From positions 1-64,000 of the IMG/VR virus record IMGVR_UViG_3300028048_000060: a stretch of DNA of 64,000 nucleotides; one strand, given 5' to 3'. Within the stretch, counting starts at the first letter, position 1, and each line of letters opens with the position of its first letter. Source of the DNA: a virus. Lineage: Duplodnaviria > Caudoviricetes. A program made the translations under genes and the position numbers. The notes below the pieces were generated by a model. That model had not been told where the DNA came from and made no database searches. It saw only the letters and a program-made list of their open reading frames with translations. Positions 1 to 9,632 of this stretch are shown here, one piece after another.

Positions 1-24
1 TAAATATTTAAAAGGAGAAGAAAA

Positions 25-483
25 GTGCGATATCAAAAAATAACTAACAAAGAGGTTTTTGAGAGGTTTAAGGAAAATGAAGAATGTCTTCAGAATTTCC
101 TTGATTCTACAGAAATCCCTGAGTTAGCTAATCTAAAAGACCTTGGATGTATTGATTTCTGTGAGTCTGGAATCGTTCAGAGTATCAATGCTGGAAATAT
201 TGAAGGTTTTATCATTGGAAACAAAGAGATAGAAGTCTTCATCATAAATCCAAGTCTTGACTATATCAGATTCTGGGGATTCAGGAATTTCTTTACTTAC
301 AGATTAGCTAAGAAGCACTCTAATATGAATGACGGAGTTTTAAGATACGTCATTAATATACATAACAAAGAAGAAAACAACAGGGTTGATGAATTCAATC
401 TTATAAAGAATTTTAAAATTCATAACATTTACAGAGTACCTGAGAACTTGATGGAATGGATAAAGGCTCTGTTTGTGTTCTGA
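25..483 (+). CDS. hypothetical protein
   Basis: 152-aa ORF, GTG start after AAGGAG RBS; no recognisable motif. Confidence 0.6.
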   Translation: MRYQKITNKEVFERFKENEECLQNFLDSTEIPELANLKDLGCIDFCESGIVQSINAGNIEGFIIGNKEIEVFIINPSLDYIRFWGFRNFFTYRLAKKHSNMNDGVLRYVINIHNKEENNRVDEFNLIKNFKIHNIYRVPENLMEWIKALFVF

Positions 484-510
484 AGGGGTTAAAAGGAGAA
501 AAGCGAAAAG

Positions 511-1527
511 ATGTTAGACCCAGTAGATATAAGATATTTCAAGTTAGCAGTGGGCTCTAATGTTAAGTATGAAACTCCAGGTGATATTTGTGTAAGATGT
601 CCTATTTGCGGAGACTCTAAGTACTCCAAGAATAAAGCACGCCTACACTTATATACTAAAGGAGACTTAACATTAGTAAACTGTTTCAATGAATGCTCAT
701 GTAGAAACAAAACTGTTTATAAGTTCTTAAAAGATTATTATCCAAGTCTCTTAGACTCTTATAAACAAGAGAAATTTAGAGATTCTTTTAATAAACTGAA
801 GCAAGACGTAAATTTTGATGGATTTGACTTAGTAGGAGACTTAGACCTTTCTTCAAAAACAAAGGTTAACTCTTCAGACAGTCTGACTGAGTCAAATATT
901 CCAAAACCTCCAGTTCTGTTTGACATGAACTTTTTTTCTAAGAGTCCTAAGGTCTATGACTACATAGAATCAAGAGGACTTGAGTGGAGTCCATGTTTTG
1001 GAGACTTTTTCCTTGGAAAAAGAATTCAGATAGACTCTAAGACCTTTCCTATTGACGGCTTTATAGTGATTCCATTTTATTGTGGTGATAAGTGCTATGG
1101 TTTCTACTCAAGAAGCCTTAGGGAACACAGGTTCTATACATATATGCCTGAGAAGAACTCAGACTTCAAACTTTGGAATTATTATAACATAGACAGAACT
1201 AAACCTGTGTATGTCTTAGAAGGTATCTTCGATGCTATGAGTCTTTGGAAGTCAGGAATAACCAATGTCGTAGCATGTTGTGGTGCTACTCCTCCTGAGA
1301 AACTCTTAGAAGGTTTAGACTGTATCATGTGTTTTGATAATGACCCAACAGGAAAGAAGAATGCTATTAAGTATGCTAAGAAAGGTTTTAAGGTCTTAGT
1401 CTATCCTGATGATTTAGCATTTAAAGATTTCAATGAAATGCTCTTGAATAATATAGATATTAATAATATAATTAAGAATGTCTTTGAAGGCATTCAAGCA
1501 CAAGTAAAAATACAAAAACAATTATAA
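511..1527 (+). CDS. gp61: DNA primase (T4 gp61-like)
   Basis: N-terminal Zn ribbon RCPICGDS...KAR...CFNECSC; TOPRIM motifs VYVLEGIFDAMS and CFDNDPTG; KDFNEM. Confidence 0.92.
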   Translation: MLDPVDIRYFKLAVGSNVKYETPGDICVRCPICGDSKYSKNKARLHLYTKGDLTLVNCFNECSCRNKTVYKFLKDYYPSLLDSYKQEKFRDSFNKLKQDVNFDGFDLVGDLDLSSKTKVNSSDSLTESNIPKPPVLFDMNFFSKSPKVYDYIESRGLEWSPCFGDFFLGKRIQIDSKTFPIDGFIVIPFYCGDKCYGFYSRSLREHRFYTYMPEKNSDFKLWNYYNIDRTKPVYVLEGIFDAMSLWKSGITNVVACCGATPPEKLLEGLDCIMCFDNDPTGKKNAIKYAKKGFKVLVYPDDLAFKDFNEMLLNNIDINNIIKNVFEGIQAQVKIQKQL

Positions 1528-1541
1528 AAGGAGAACAGAAA

Positions 1542-1946
1542 ATGACACTGGAAAGCCTAAAAAATTTAACTAATTTTGTAAAGATTAAAGACTACACAGT
1601 AAACTTAGACAATGTTTGTTCTATCAAGTTTGAAGATAAGATTATTATCAATATGGCTTATACAACTCAGACTAAGGCAGGGTTTAAACCTGACTTTATC
1701 TTTGTTGAAGACTATACAGATGAAGATGTAAAGAATATCTTAGAAAATCCTGTGTTCAAAGAAAAGTTCATTAAGGTCTTTAATGGCAACACAGATGCTT
1801 ATATTAACATAGACAGTATTGGTTCTTTTAAGTATGAACCACAGAAGAAACGCTATATTATCAACTTTAACTCAGTCCATACTTATAACTTTGATGGCAA
1901 GCAAAGAGTATTAGCTGAGTTTATGTATGCTTATGATTGTGAATAG
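1542..1946 (+). CDS. hypothetical protein with two-fold internal repeat
   Basis: RBS AAGGAG; repeated F(V/I)K...(V/I)N(L/I)D.(V/I).S.K.E...IIN unit. Confidence 0.65.
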   Translation: MTLESLKNLTNFVKIKDYTVNLDNVCSIKFEDKIIINMAYTTQTKAGFKPDFIFVEDYTDEDVKNILENPVFKEKFIKVFNGNTDAYINIDSIGSFKYEPQKKRYIINFNSVHTYNFDGKQRVLAEFMYAYDCE

Positions 1947-1955
1947 GAGTTTAGA

Positions 1956-2276
1956 ATGACAGAAATGACTGATATCGAAAGTGATGATTTAGGATGTTTT
2001 ATCGAACCTGAAAGTCTTGAAATGGCTTTGGAATTTTCTAAGCGTTATACAAGACTTCTTCTGAACAGAAAGAGCGTAAATGCTGATATCAAGGAACTCA
2101 AAAAGGAATTTAACGAACAGGGTCTTCCAACTAATGTAGTTGTTAAAGCATTTTCTCTGTTAAGAAATGAGAAGAAGGAAGACCACAGAAGTGAGATTGA
2201 AGGCTTTAAGGAATACATCCAGAAGAACAATGAACTTCTTAATTTAATCAAGGAATTAGACTCTAAGGAGTCTTAA
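1956..2276 (+). CDS. dsDNA-binding protein, T4 DsbA/GapR-like
   Basis: RLL..RKSVNADIKELKKEF..QGL....V.KAF..LR pattern typical of the DsbA/GapR family. Confidence 0.6.
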   Translation: MTEMTDIESDDLGCFIEPESLEMALEFSKRYTRLLLNRKSVNADIKELKKEFNEQGLPTNVVVKAFSLLRNEKKEDHRSEIEGFKEYIQKNNELLNLIKELDSKES

Positions 2277-2296
2277 CATCTTATTTTTAACTCTTT

Positions 2297-2329
2297 AAAA
2301 GGTCTCTGAAATGAGACCTTTTCTTTTTT
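2297..2329. terminator. bidirectional intrinsic terminator
   Basis: AAAAGGTCTC-TGAAAT-GAGACCTTTT plus T tract, between convergent genes. Confidence 0.8.
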
Positions 2330-2372
2330 AAAAATCTATATCTCTATATAATAAAACAAGATTTAAATACTT

Positions 2373-4400
2373 TTAATACTTTCCAACTGACCTTAGAAGT
2401 TGTTTTCTCTTTTGTTTTAAGACTTCCAATGGATTTTCAATAGGAATAGAATCAGGAATACTCTTTAAGTCTTTTTCTACTCTATTCAAAGTAGTAACAA
2501 CAGTATCAACTTGGTCTTTAGTTGACTGAACTGCTTTCAGTACATTTTCTATTTTCTCAATTCCAGAATCCAGGTTAATCACAGCATCGTCTTTGTTTGT
2601 AGACTTAGAGTCAAGTTGCTCAATTATTACTTGTCCATTCTCAATAGTGTTATAAACAGCATTTGAAATGTTGGTAACAGTTGATTTTGCTCTTGATGTT
2701 AAGAAGTCAACAGTTCCTGTTACTTGGTTAAGAACAGTATCCTTTACAAACGACTCAGGATTCAGAACTTCCTTAGCATTATTCAGAGAATTGATAATAC
2801 TCATACTCCTAAAGTCTTTTGAATTCTTAGATAAGATTTCACTGGCTAGAGTTAAAGTTCTTCTGTTGTTTCTTAATATAGAATCATATGTTTTACTTAA
2901 AGAACTCTGATTAACTGAGTTAGTGAACTTTTTAATAGGAGCAGTTAAAGCACTTATACTTTGGTCTGAGAACTGTTTAAGTTTGTTTATCTGTGCTGAC
3001 ATATCGACCATTTTCTTAGCAAACTGTTCTGTGTCTCTGATAGAAGACTGGATTTCATCTAAGGCAGAAGAAACTTCTGTTACAAAGGTTCTTTCTTTCT
3101 TAGGTAAAGGAGGTTTAGAACTGTAAGAGTAGTTGTCTCCTTCCTCAGATAAAACTTCTGAAACAGTGTCTATCTTTGGACTGTCAAACCTACAAAGTCC
3201 AAGTCTTATAAACATATGTCTATTAACTAAAGCAAATGAAGAACTCCCAATAAACCAGTTCCCTGAGAATCTTTCATCGCCTCTTTGTGCTTCATCAATG
3301 TATCTAAATGGAAGATTAAGTCTAACAGAAGTCTTAGTTCCTGGATTACATTCTTCCAAAGGTCCTGAAACATAGATAGCTAAGTTAGAATATCTTATAA
3401 ACAGTCTTGAGTAGTCAAAGACTAATGCCTTCTTCCCATTAGTTCCTGAAGACTCAGTTGCTTCTCTTGTATCAAAAGTATTAGCAAATTCTCTTGAGTT
3501 GTTGTTTAAGTCAATAATATCTAGAATTTCATTAAAGTCTAAGTCTTCTAAGGTCTGAGTTTTTCCTTGTGAGTTTAAAGATATCTTTAGTCTTGGAATT
3601 GAGTTTATATTATAAGACTTAAACTGTTTCTTCTTATCGAAGATACTGTAAGGATATCTGTCTGGGACTTTGTCACACCATAACTCAGAATCGTCTTCGT
3701 TCCTGTGGTCTTCTAAGTCATGGAAATTAAAATTTTCTATAACTCTAATACCTTTAAAGTCCTGGAATAAAGTGATATTGTACTTTGAGCAAAGTAGGTT
3801 TAGGTCATCTAAGGCACTTCTGTTCTGAGTATGTTTCCATGTCAAAGAGTCATTGTCTTCTAAAAAAGAAAAAGTATTGTTTTCTATATAAAGATCTAAA
3901 GTTTTTAAATTGTAACTTCTAAGAATTTCATCAGGGGTTTTGATGGAATCAGTTAAAATTTGTTCTACAACAGACAAAGGACTTCCCTTGTAACTCTTAA
4001 CTTGTAAATCAGGAGTCTTTTGGTTTAAGTAATAAGAGTAGATGTCTAAGAGATTAAGTTTGACCATTTCTCCTGATTTGTCATTTTGGAACTTAGCCAT
4101 CTCAGTTCCAGTACACACAAATGTTTTGTCTAAGATAAACCCATAGGAGTCTTCGAAAACAACTCTGATAACATTCTTAGCAGTGAGATGGTCTGAGTCT
4201 TTGCCTATTGAGTTTCTTATTAGGTCTTGATTAACTACTAAAGACCCTACTATCCCAAAAGTAAAAAATTTGAAGTTTAACTCAAACTTTTGGACATACT
4301 CCTCAACGAAACCTAGACTCACTTGTCTTAGTTCCTGGTTATCATTTGCTATATAAAGACTAAAGGATTTAAATGATGTTCCTAAAAACTGATTAAACAT
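2373..4400 (-). CDS. putative baseplate hub protein (gp27-like N-terminal part) with coiled-coil C-terminus
   Basis: Follows gp48-like and gp53-like genes; FSGNWFI...IRLGLCR resembles the end of hub proteins; start placed at ATG 4400 after a GAGGA RBS. Confidence 0.5.
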   Translation of the reverse strand: MFNQFLGTSFKSFSLYIANDNQELRQVSLGFVEEYVQKFELNFKFFTFGIVGSLVVNQDLIRNSIGKDSDHLTAKNVIRVVFEDSYGFILDKTFVCTGTEMAKFQNDKSGEMVKLNLLDIYSYYLNQKTPDLQVKSYKGSPLSVVEQILTDSIKTPDEILRSYNLKTLDLYIENNTFSFLEDNDSLTWKHTQNRSALDDLNLLCSKYNITLFQDFKGIRVIENFNFHDLEDHRNEDDSELWCDKVPDRYPYSIFDKKKQFKSYNINSIPRLKISLNSQGKTQTLEDLDFNEILDIIDLNNNSREFANTFDTREATESSGTNGKKALVFDYSRLFIRYSNLAIYVSGPLEECNPGTKTSVRLNLPFRYIDEAQRGDERFSGNWFIGSSSFALVNRHMFIRLGLCRFDSPKIDTVSEVLSEEGDNYSYSSKPPLPKKERTFVTEVSSALDEIQSSIRDTEQFAKKMVDMSAQINKLKQFSDQSISALTAPIKKFTNSVNQSSLSKTYDSILRNNRRTLTLASEILSKNSKDFRSMSIINSLNNAKEVLNPESFVKDTVLNQVTGTVDFLTSRAKSTVTNISNAVYNTIENGQVIIEQLDSKSTNKDDAVINLDSGIEKIENVLKAVQSTKDQVDTVVTTLNRVEKDLKSIPDSIPIENPLEVLKQKRKQLLRSVGKY

Positions 4401-4914
4401 TGTTATCCTCCACATTTTGTTCTAAGTCTAAGAGGTTGTACATATCCTTCTGTGTTTCTAAGATTTGTTTAATCTTAGAGTTCACCTTAGACACATATAA
4501 TGGATGGATAAGGATAATATAAGAATTATCTTGATTTTGTTTTTCTAGGTCTTCTCTAACAGTTTCATCTAATTTAAGATTTAAATTTTGCTTAAAAGGA
4601 TAAAGACTGTCTCCAAATGCCTTAAAGTAATATTCTTCTAAGTTTCTGTCACCAAGTTCTGAGACTACGTCAAAGAGATGAAAATAGTCAAAGAGATAGT
4701 CCTTGTCATTTAAGAACATTATAAGGTCATTGTAGTTCTGAGAACTGTAGAAGTCTTGGCAAACTTTCTCTAAGGTAGTTCCTTCTGAGATTTTAACCTT
4801 TATAAGCCAGTCAGAACTTAGTGAGTCTAAGTATTCTCTTACCTCAGATAAGTCTATACTGTTGTAGTTGAAAAATTTAAAGTTCTTATATATAAGAGTA
4901 TCAAAGTCAAACAT
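4393..4914 (-). CDS. gp53: baseplate wedge protein (gp53-like, LysM-like)
   Basis: I.EG.TLEKVCQDFY.S..Y..LIMFLND motif; adjacent to gp48-like gene. Confidence 0.7.
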   Translation of the reverse strand: MFDFDTLIYKNFKFFNYNSIDLSEVREYLDSLSSDWLIKVKISEGTTLEKVCQDFYSSQNYNDLIMFLNDKDYLFDYFHLFDVVSELGDRNLEEYYFKAFGDSLYPFKQNLNLKLDETVREDLEKQNQDNSYIILIHPLYVSKVNSKIKQILETQKDMYNLLDLEQNVEDNNV

Positions 4915-4917
4915 ATC

Positions 4918-6000
4918 TTAATCCTCAGGAGTGTGTGATTTAGCATTTTCAGGAAGAGTTTCTTCGCTTTCTTCACTTTCATCACTTCTAAGACCGAAAA
5001 ATTCCAAAGTACTATTCCATGCATCTTCTGCGGTATTCTTCATAAACTTTCCGACTTCAGTAATAATATCAGACCATTCTTCTGTGTCTCCATAAGACCT
5101 GGAAGTTTGAAGTTCACACTCAGAAAATGACAGACCCAGTGTTATTTGCTTTACCATTCCATCTTTAAACATAGCTACTTTCTCAGAATCACCATACTTA
5201 ACACTAACCTTAGTACAAACACACTTATGAAATGATAACAAGTCATTAACAGTTTTGTTACAGACAAACACTTCCCATGTCATTGGTGCTAGCATCACCA
5301 TTCTTGAAGAGATACTGTTGGCCTCAGTGTTTTCTGTCCACTTAGGAACACTTGGAGAACTACATCTCTTGAAGAACTTAATGATGTTGATAACCTGGTC
5401 TCTTTCACTCTCACTCTCAGGAATAAATGTAAAATCAAAACTAAATGACCTAAGGCCCGAACCTGAGTAGTTCTGGAATTGCCCAGGGTTTAGCATAGGT
5501 TTTCTTACACCAAAGGCATCTGAGAGTGCACCTAATTTCTCAGATGAATCTCCTATGAAACTCAGTGTACTCGACACTCCTCCGAAGAATCTTCCTACTT
5601 TTCCTTTTAAACCCTTAACAAGATCTCCTCCCTTCGACCAACCCGCCATGTTATTTGATGCTCCAGTTATAGCTGACAAATAGGAACTCTCAGTCCATGT
5701 ATGACTTTGGTCGTCACTAATTGCGGCAGTTAAAGGCAAAACTGCCATTCCTATAACTTCATCTAAAGATGGCTTACTTTCTCCTTTTTTGAAGTTTTCT
5801 AGATTAGCAAGTTTTTCGTCTCCTAGACTTTTTCCTTTCATAGCCATAAAGATGACAGTCTTGTTGACCATTTCATCTGTCATTATGTTATTAGGATAGT
5901 AGTAAGTTTCTAAACCTTTTCCATTAGAAGGTTTGTACTCTTTTATCTGTGTTATAAAAGTCTTTTCTTTCTTAGGTTTAATTTTTGTATCTTCAGCCAT
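4918..6000 (-). CDS. gp48: baseplate tail-tube cap (gp48-like)
   Basis: NP..FQNYSGSGLRSFSFDFTFIPESESE...I..IIKFFK; C.CTKVSVKY; ITLGLSFSE. Confidence 0.8.
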   Translation of the reverse strand: MAEDTKIKPKKEKTFITQIKEYKPSNGKGLETYYYPNNIMTDEMVNKTVIFMAMKGKSLGDEKLANLENFKKGESKPSLDEVIGMAVLPLTAAISDDQSHTWTESSYLSAITGASNNMAGWSKGGDLVKGLKGKVGRFFGGVSSTLSFIGDSSEKLGALSDAFGVRKPMLNPGQFQNYSGSGLRSFSFDFTFIPESESERDQVINIIKFFKRCSSPSVPKWTENTEANSISSRMVMLAPMTWEVFVCNKTVNDLLSFHKCVCTKVSVKYGDSEKVAMFKDGMVKQITLGLSFSECELQTSRSYGDTEEWSDIITEVGKFMKNTAEDAWNSTLEFFGLRSDESEESEETLPENAKSHTPED

Positions 6001-6037
6001 AATATTCCCTCTTCAATATTTATTTAAAAAATATTTC

Positions 6038-6066
6038 TTGATTTTAATTATAATGTTCTTTATAAT
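6038..6066 (+). promoter_or_regulatory. sigma70-type promoter
   Basis: TTGATT-17 bp-TATAAT. Confidence 0.75.
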
Positions 6067-7555
6067 ATACAAATAGATAAAACATGAGCTTTAGGTTCAT
6101 ATATACAGGCATTGAAATTTTATAGATAAATTATATAAAACGTAAAGGAAAGATTCGTTTTAAAACGAAGTTTTCTAACTCTTAAAATATAAACAAACGT
6201 ATAATAGGATAAAATAGATGAACAAGACAACTTCTGAGAAAGAAATCAAAGGTCTAGTGTTAACACTAAGACCTGATTATGCTCAGAAACTTCTTCTTGA
6301 TAAACATTTAAATGATACAAGGTTCATCTATAATAAATATGTAGAAGAATATTTAAACTCTATTAAAGAAAATAGACTTCCTAATTATAAGGATTATAAA
6401 GACTTACGTGCTGAGCATGCATTCTTGGAAGGTTCTTATTCTTGGACACTTAATCAGGTCAAATTTAAATTTTTACATACTAATAAAATCAATAGAAATA
6501 AAAGATTAAAAGGTCAGTCCGTAGGACTAATTCATTTTAGGTCTAAGAAAAGTCATTCTGATAAATTCTATACCCAATATTTGAAACTTTCGTATAATCC
6601 TGACTGTAAATCAAAATCTTACGTAAAGATTCCAAAGGTGGGAAATGTTCAATTCAAATTTAAAAATATTAAATCTGAATTCTTAAATGGAAAGATTAAA
6701 TCTGGAGTTGTATCAAGAACTAAGACAGGAGAATACAAAATTTCGTTATTTGTTGAGGTTAACAAAGTTTACGAAAATCGTGTAGATAATGGTCATGTAG
6801 GTTTAGATTTCTCTTTAAGAGATTTCTTTGTTGATAGTTTTGGTGCGAAGGCACCAGAGTTCTCAACAAAGAGGTCTAAGATGGAATCACTTCAGAAAAG
6901 AATTAATTCCTACAATGAAACAGTTTCAAAGATGAGAACCAAATCTGAGAAAAAGTCTCGTACCTCCGTTAAACTTCATCGTTTAACGATGAAACGTAAC
7001 AAACTCTTCGAAAGAATTCATAACATTCAGAAGGACTATCTCAACAAGTTATCAAGAGAATTGTGTTTACACAATGAATTGATAGTTGTTGAGAATTTGG
7101 ACCTTAAAGAAATGTCTGAACATACATCTTACTTAGATGCCAAAACTTCCACCAAAGGTGGTAATCATGGCAAGTCAGTAGGTTTGTTACAATGGAGTTA
7201 TTTCCTTAAAAAGTTAGAAGAAAATGCTGAGAAATTTGGGTGCCATCTTGTCCTCGCAGACAAATATTACCCAAGTTCTCAAATTTGTTCTAAGTGTGGT
7301 AAAATCCATTCTGAAATGAAAGATGTTTCCAAACGCACACTTGAGTGTGAATGTGGAAACGTTATTGATAGGGATTATAATTCGGCTATCAACTTATTAA
7401 AATTCGGTGAGTCTGTTGTTTACAACAAATCTCACCAAACTCTTGGGAAGGAACTCTCGGAGTATAAAGCTTTTAAGTGTTTAGATTTTTCAAGAACAAA
7501 GCACTTAAACTAGAATCAGAGATCTGATTCTAAATAGAAGTCGATGACAGTTCAC
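6064..7555 (+). mobile_element. tnpB-only (IS1341-like) IS200/IS605 element, no tnpA
   Basis: Right end ...CAGTTCAC at 7548-7555; imperfect hairpin at ~6148-6175; left boundary is inferred and uncertain. Confidence 0.6.
6218..7513 (+). CDS. tnpB: TnpB RNA-guided endonuclease (IS200/IS605 family)
   Basis: N-terminal HTH (RFIYN), RuvC-I GLDFSLRDF, RuvC-II IVVENL, YPSSQICSKCG...CECG Zn finger, RuvC-III DRDYNSAINL; all three catalytic acidic residues present. Confidence 0.93.
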   Translation: MNKTTSEKEIKGLVLTLRPDYAQKLLLDKHLNDTRFIYNKYVEEYLNSIKENRLPNYKDYKDLRAEHAFLEGSYSWTLNQVKFKFLHTNKINRNKRLKGQSVGLIHFRSKKSHSDKFYTQYLKLSYNPDCKSKSYVKIPKVGNVQFKFKNIKSEFLNGKIKSGVVSRTKTGEYKISLFVEVNKVYENRVDNGHVGLDFSLRDFFVDSFGAKAPEFSTKRSKMESLQKRINSYNETVSKMRTKSEKKSRTSVKLHRLTMKRNKLFERIHNIQKDYLNKLSRELCLHNELIVVENLDLKEMSEHTSYLDAKTSTKGGNHGKSVGLLQWSYFLKKLEENAEKFGCHLVLADKYYPSSQICSKCGKIHSEMKDVSKRTLECECGNVIDRDYNSAINLLKFGESVVYNKSHQTLGKELSEYKAFKCLDFSRTKHLN

Positions 7556-7575
7556 AATAAAAGATATTTTAAAAG
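7445..7575 (+). ncRNA. TnpB omegaRNA (reRNA) scaffold plus guide
   Basis: Overlaps the tnpB 3' end; GAACT (7451-7455) is complementary to AGTTC (7549-7553); hairpins TTTAAGTG..CACTTAAA and TAGAATCAGA-GA-TCTGATTCTA; predicted guide from 7556, AATAAAAGATATTTTAAAAG. Confidence 0.6.
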
Positions 7576-7585
7576 AGGGTTTGAG

Positions 7586-8200
7586 ATGAACATTTGGTAC
7601 GAAAAGTACAGTCCTAAGACTGTTGAAGATGTTATTCTTCCAAAGAATATCAAGGAAAGAATTTTAAAGTGTATAGAGGAACAAAAGATTCCTAATTTTG
7701 GGTTTTGGTCACATCAACCAGGACTAGGAAAGTCATGTACATCTAAGGCTATTATTAGAAGTTCAGGAGCAGACGCATTGTTCCTTAATGCTTCCTTAGA
7801 AAAGGGCATAGACACAATTAGAAACAAAGTAATGCAGTTTGCTAGTTCTGTGAGTTTAAGTGATGCTCCAAAGATAGTGGTATTCGATGAGTGTCTTGAA
7901 GAGAATGAAGAGGTTATTCTTATAAAAGATGGAAAAGAGGTTACTGTTAAACTCAAAGACCTCGATAAAAACACAGTTTATGAGTGCTTATCATATAATC
8001 TTGAAACTAGCGAATTTGAACATGATACTTGTACTGTTATCAGTGACAAGGAAGACGATATCTACGAGGTGGAACTTGAAGATGGACGAACAATTCTTGT
8101 AACTGATAATCACCCATTTATTGTAAGTGTAAATGGAAAAAATGAGGAGAAATCAATTAAAGATGGACTATCAGAAGAAGATTTTGTCGTATGTAGATAA
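7586..8200 (+). CDS. gp44: clamp loader subunit (gp44-like), N-extein fused to split-intein N-fragment
   Basis: WYEKYSPK, Walker A PGLGKS, NAS..GIDTIR, Walker B IVVFDE, then intein block A (CLEENEEV) and block B (VTDNHPF); stop at 8198-8200. Confidence 0.92.
   Translation: MNIWYEKYSPKTVEDVILPKNIKERILKCIEEQKIPNFGFWSHQPGLGKSCTSKAIIRSSGADALFLNASLEKGIDTIRNKVMQFASSVSLSDAPKIVVFDECLEENEEVILIKDGKEVTVKLKDLDKNTVYECLSYNLETSEFEHDTCTVISDKEDDIYEVELEDGRTILVTDNHPFIVSVNGKNEEKSIKDGLSEEDFVVCR
7892..8197 (+). mobile_element. split intein N-fragment (102 aa)
   Basis: Starts with Cys right after VFDE; TxxH motif; strongly acidic (28 D/E vs 11 K/R). Confidence 0.9.
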
Positions 8201-9632
8201 AATCATAAAAGGAGAGAGTCTTTCCTCAGAGGAACGTGATGAACTCCTTAAAGATATTAAGACAACAAGAGTCCCAAATTTTTTAGTAAAATACAAACTT
8301 AAAATAAAACCTGAAGAGTTGTATCTAAGAATAAACGGACTCAAAGAACCACCAAAATGTATTTTTTGCGGAGAAAATTGTAAGTTTATATCTTTATTTA
8401 AGGGATATAAGAATCATTGTAATTCAACAGATTGTAAACGAATTGCTATAGAAAAATCATTCGAAACTAAGGAAGAAAACGCTAAGAAATACGATGAGTT
8501 TATGTCAGCGCATAAGGATTTCTACAATAACGTAGAGTTTCCATTTACTGATATTTGCAGAATTTTTAGAGCAAAAGTCGTTAAAAATCTCGACCACTTT
8601 AAGCATAGGTCGTTTTCCAGTTTAAGATGTTTAGATGAAGTTAGAGAATGTATATTTTGTAAAAAGCCATTTGTCTATAATAGGTTTTACAATAATAATC
8701 TTAGATGTAATTCAAAGAGTTGTAGAAACGTATCATATAATAAACTGTTAGATGAATATAAGCTATACTCTGAGATTCCTATTAAAATATTTGTGAATAA
8801 CAAAAAATATAATCTTCTAAGTAATGATGAACTTCTTAGACTTTTTAGAAAGTACGACTTAAAAACATTAGACAGTTTTATAAAAGGAAAATGTATAGAA
8901 TTCAATGGATATGTCCTTAAAAGAACATGTACGTCAAACAAGTTTTCATACATTAAAAATGGTATCATAGAAGATGATATGATGGCTACGTGTAAATGTT
9001 GTGGAAAGAAGTACGTAAAATTTGACAAGCAACTATTTGACGGAAAGTTTGAAACTGTTAGAATTGGTGCTGAGCATTCATGCGGAAGTAGAGAATGCTA
9101 CTATAAGTGTGCTTGTTATTATCCATGTGGTGACGAAGAAAGAAAAAGGCGTTCTGAGAGATTAAAACTAAAAATCAAAAATGGTGAGTTTAAACCAAAC
9201 GTAACAAATTCATGGTGTCATTCAAGAGTCTTAATAGGGCAGAATGCTTTTCGTTCATCTTGGGAAGCATACTTCTACATCTTTATGACATTTGTTAAAA
9301 AGAAAGATATTAAATACGAAGATTTGAGAATTTCGTATTTTGATAGTATTAAGAAGGAAACTAGAAACTACGTTGTTGATTTTGTTGACTGGAATAACAA
9401 AGTTCTTTTTGAGATTAAACCTCTTTCTGAACGCTCTAGTCAAAATGTAAAGGATAAAGAAAAGTTTGCTAAGGAGTGGTGTATTAAAAATAATTTTGAA
9501 TTTAAGTATATTTCTAATGAATGGTTTGAAAAAAATTATAATTCAATTATAATAAGAGATAATATAAGAGATAAAGAAACGATTGAAAAACTCCTTAGGA
9601 ATCTTAGAGGATTTGAACATGCAAGCAGTTAA
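8133..9632 (+). CDS. free-standing putative homing endonuclease (several CxxC Zn motifs, C-terminal PD-(D/E)XK domain of TnsA-N/gp4 type)
   Basis: CIFC, CKCC and other Cys clusters; FRSSWE...YE...Y....RNYVVDF...LFEIKP; overlaps both split-intein genes; start may be 8163. Confidence 0.8.
   Translation: MEKMRRNQLKMDYQKKILSYVDKIIKGESLSSEERDELLKDIKTTRVPNFLVKYKLKIKPEELYLRINGLKEPPKCIFCGENCKFISLFKGYKNHCNSTDCKRIAIEKSFETKEENAKKYDEFMSAHKDFYNNVEFPFTDICRIFRAKVVKNLDHFKHRSFSSLRCLDEVRECIFCKKPFVYNRFYNNNLRCNSKSCRNVSYNKLLDEYKLYSEIPIKIFVNNKKYNLLSNDELLRLFRKYDLKTLDSFIKGKCIEFNGYVLKRTCTSNKFSYIKNGIIEDDMMATCKCCGKKYVKFDKQLFDGKFETVRIGAEHSCGSRECYYKCACYYPCGDEERKRRSERLKLKIKNGEFKPNVTNSWCHSRVLIGQNAFRSSWEAYFYIFMTFVKKKDIKYEDLRISYFDSIKKETRNYVVDFVDWNNKVLFEIKPLSERSSQNVKDKEKFAKEWCIKNNFEFKYISNEWFEKNYNSIIIRDNIRDKETIEKLLRNLRGFEHASS

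Noticed and set aside
7556-7575. TnpB guide targeting the 44-bp repeats (shared AGATATTTTAAAAG)
   Set aside because: The match excludes the guide's 5' seed and is low-complexity AT sequence
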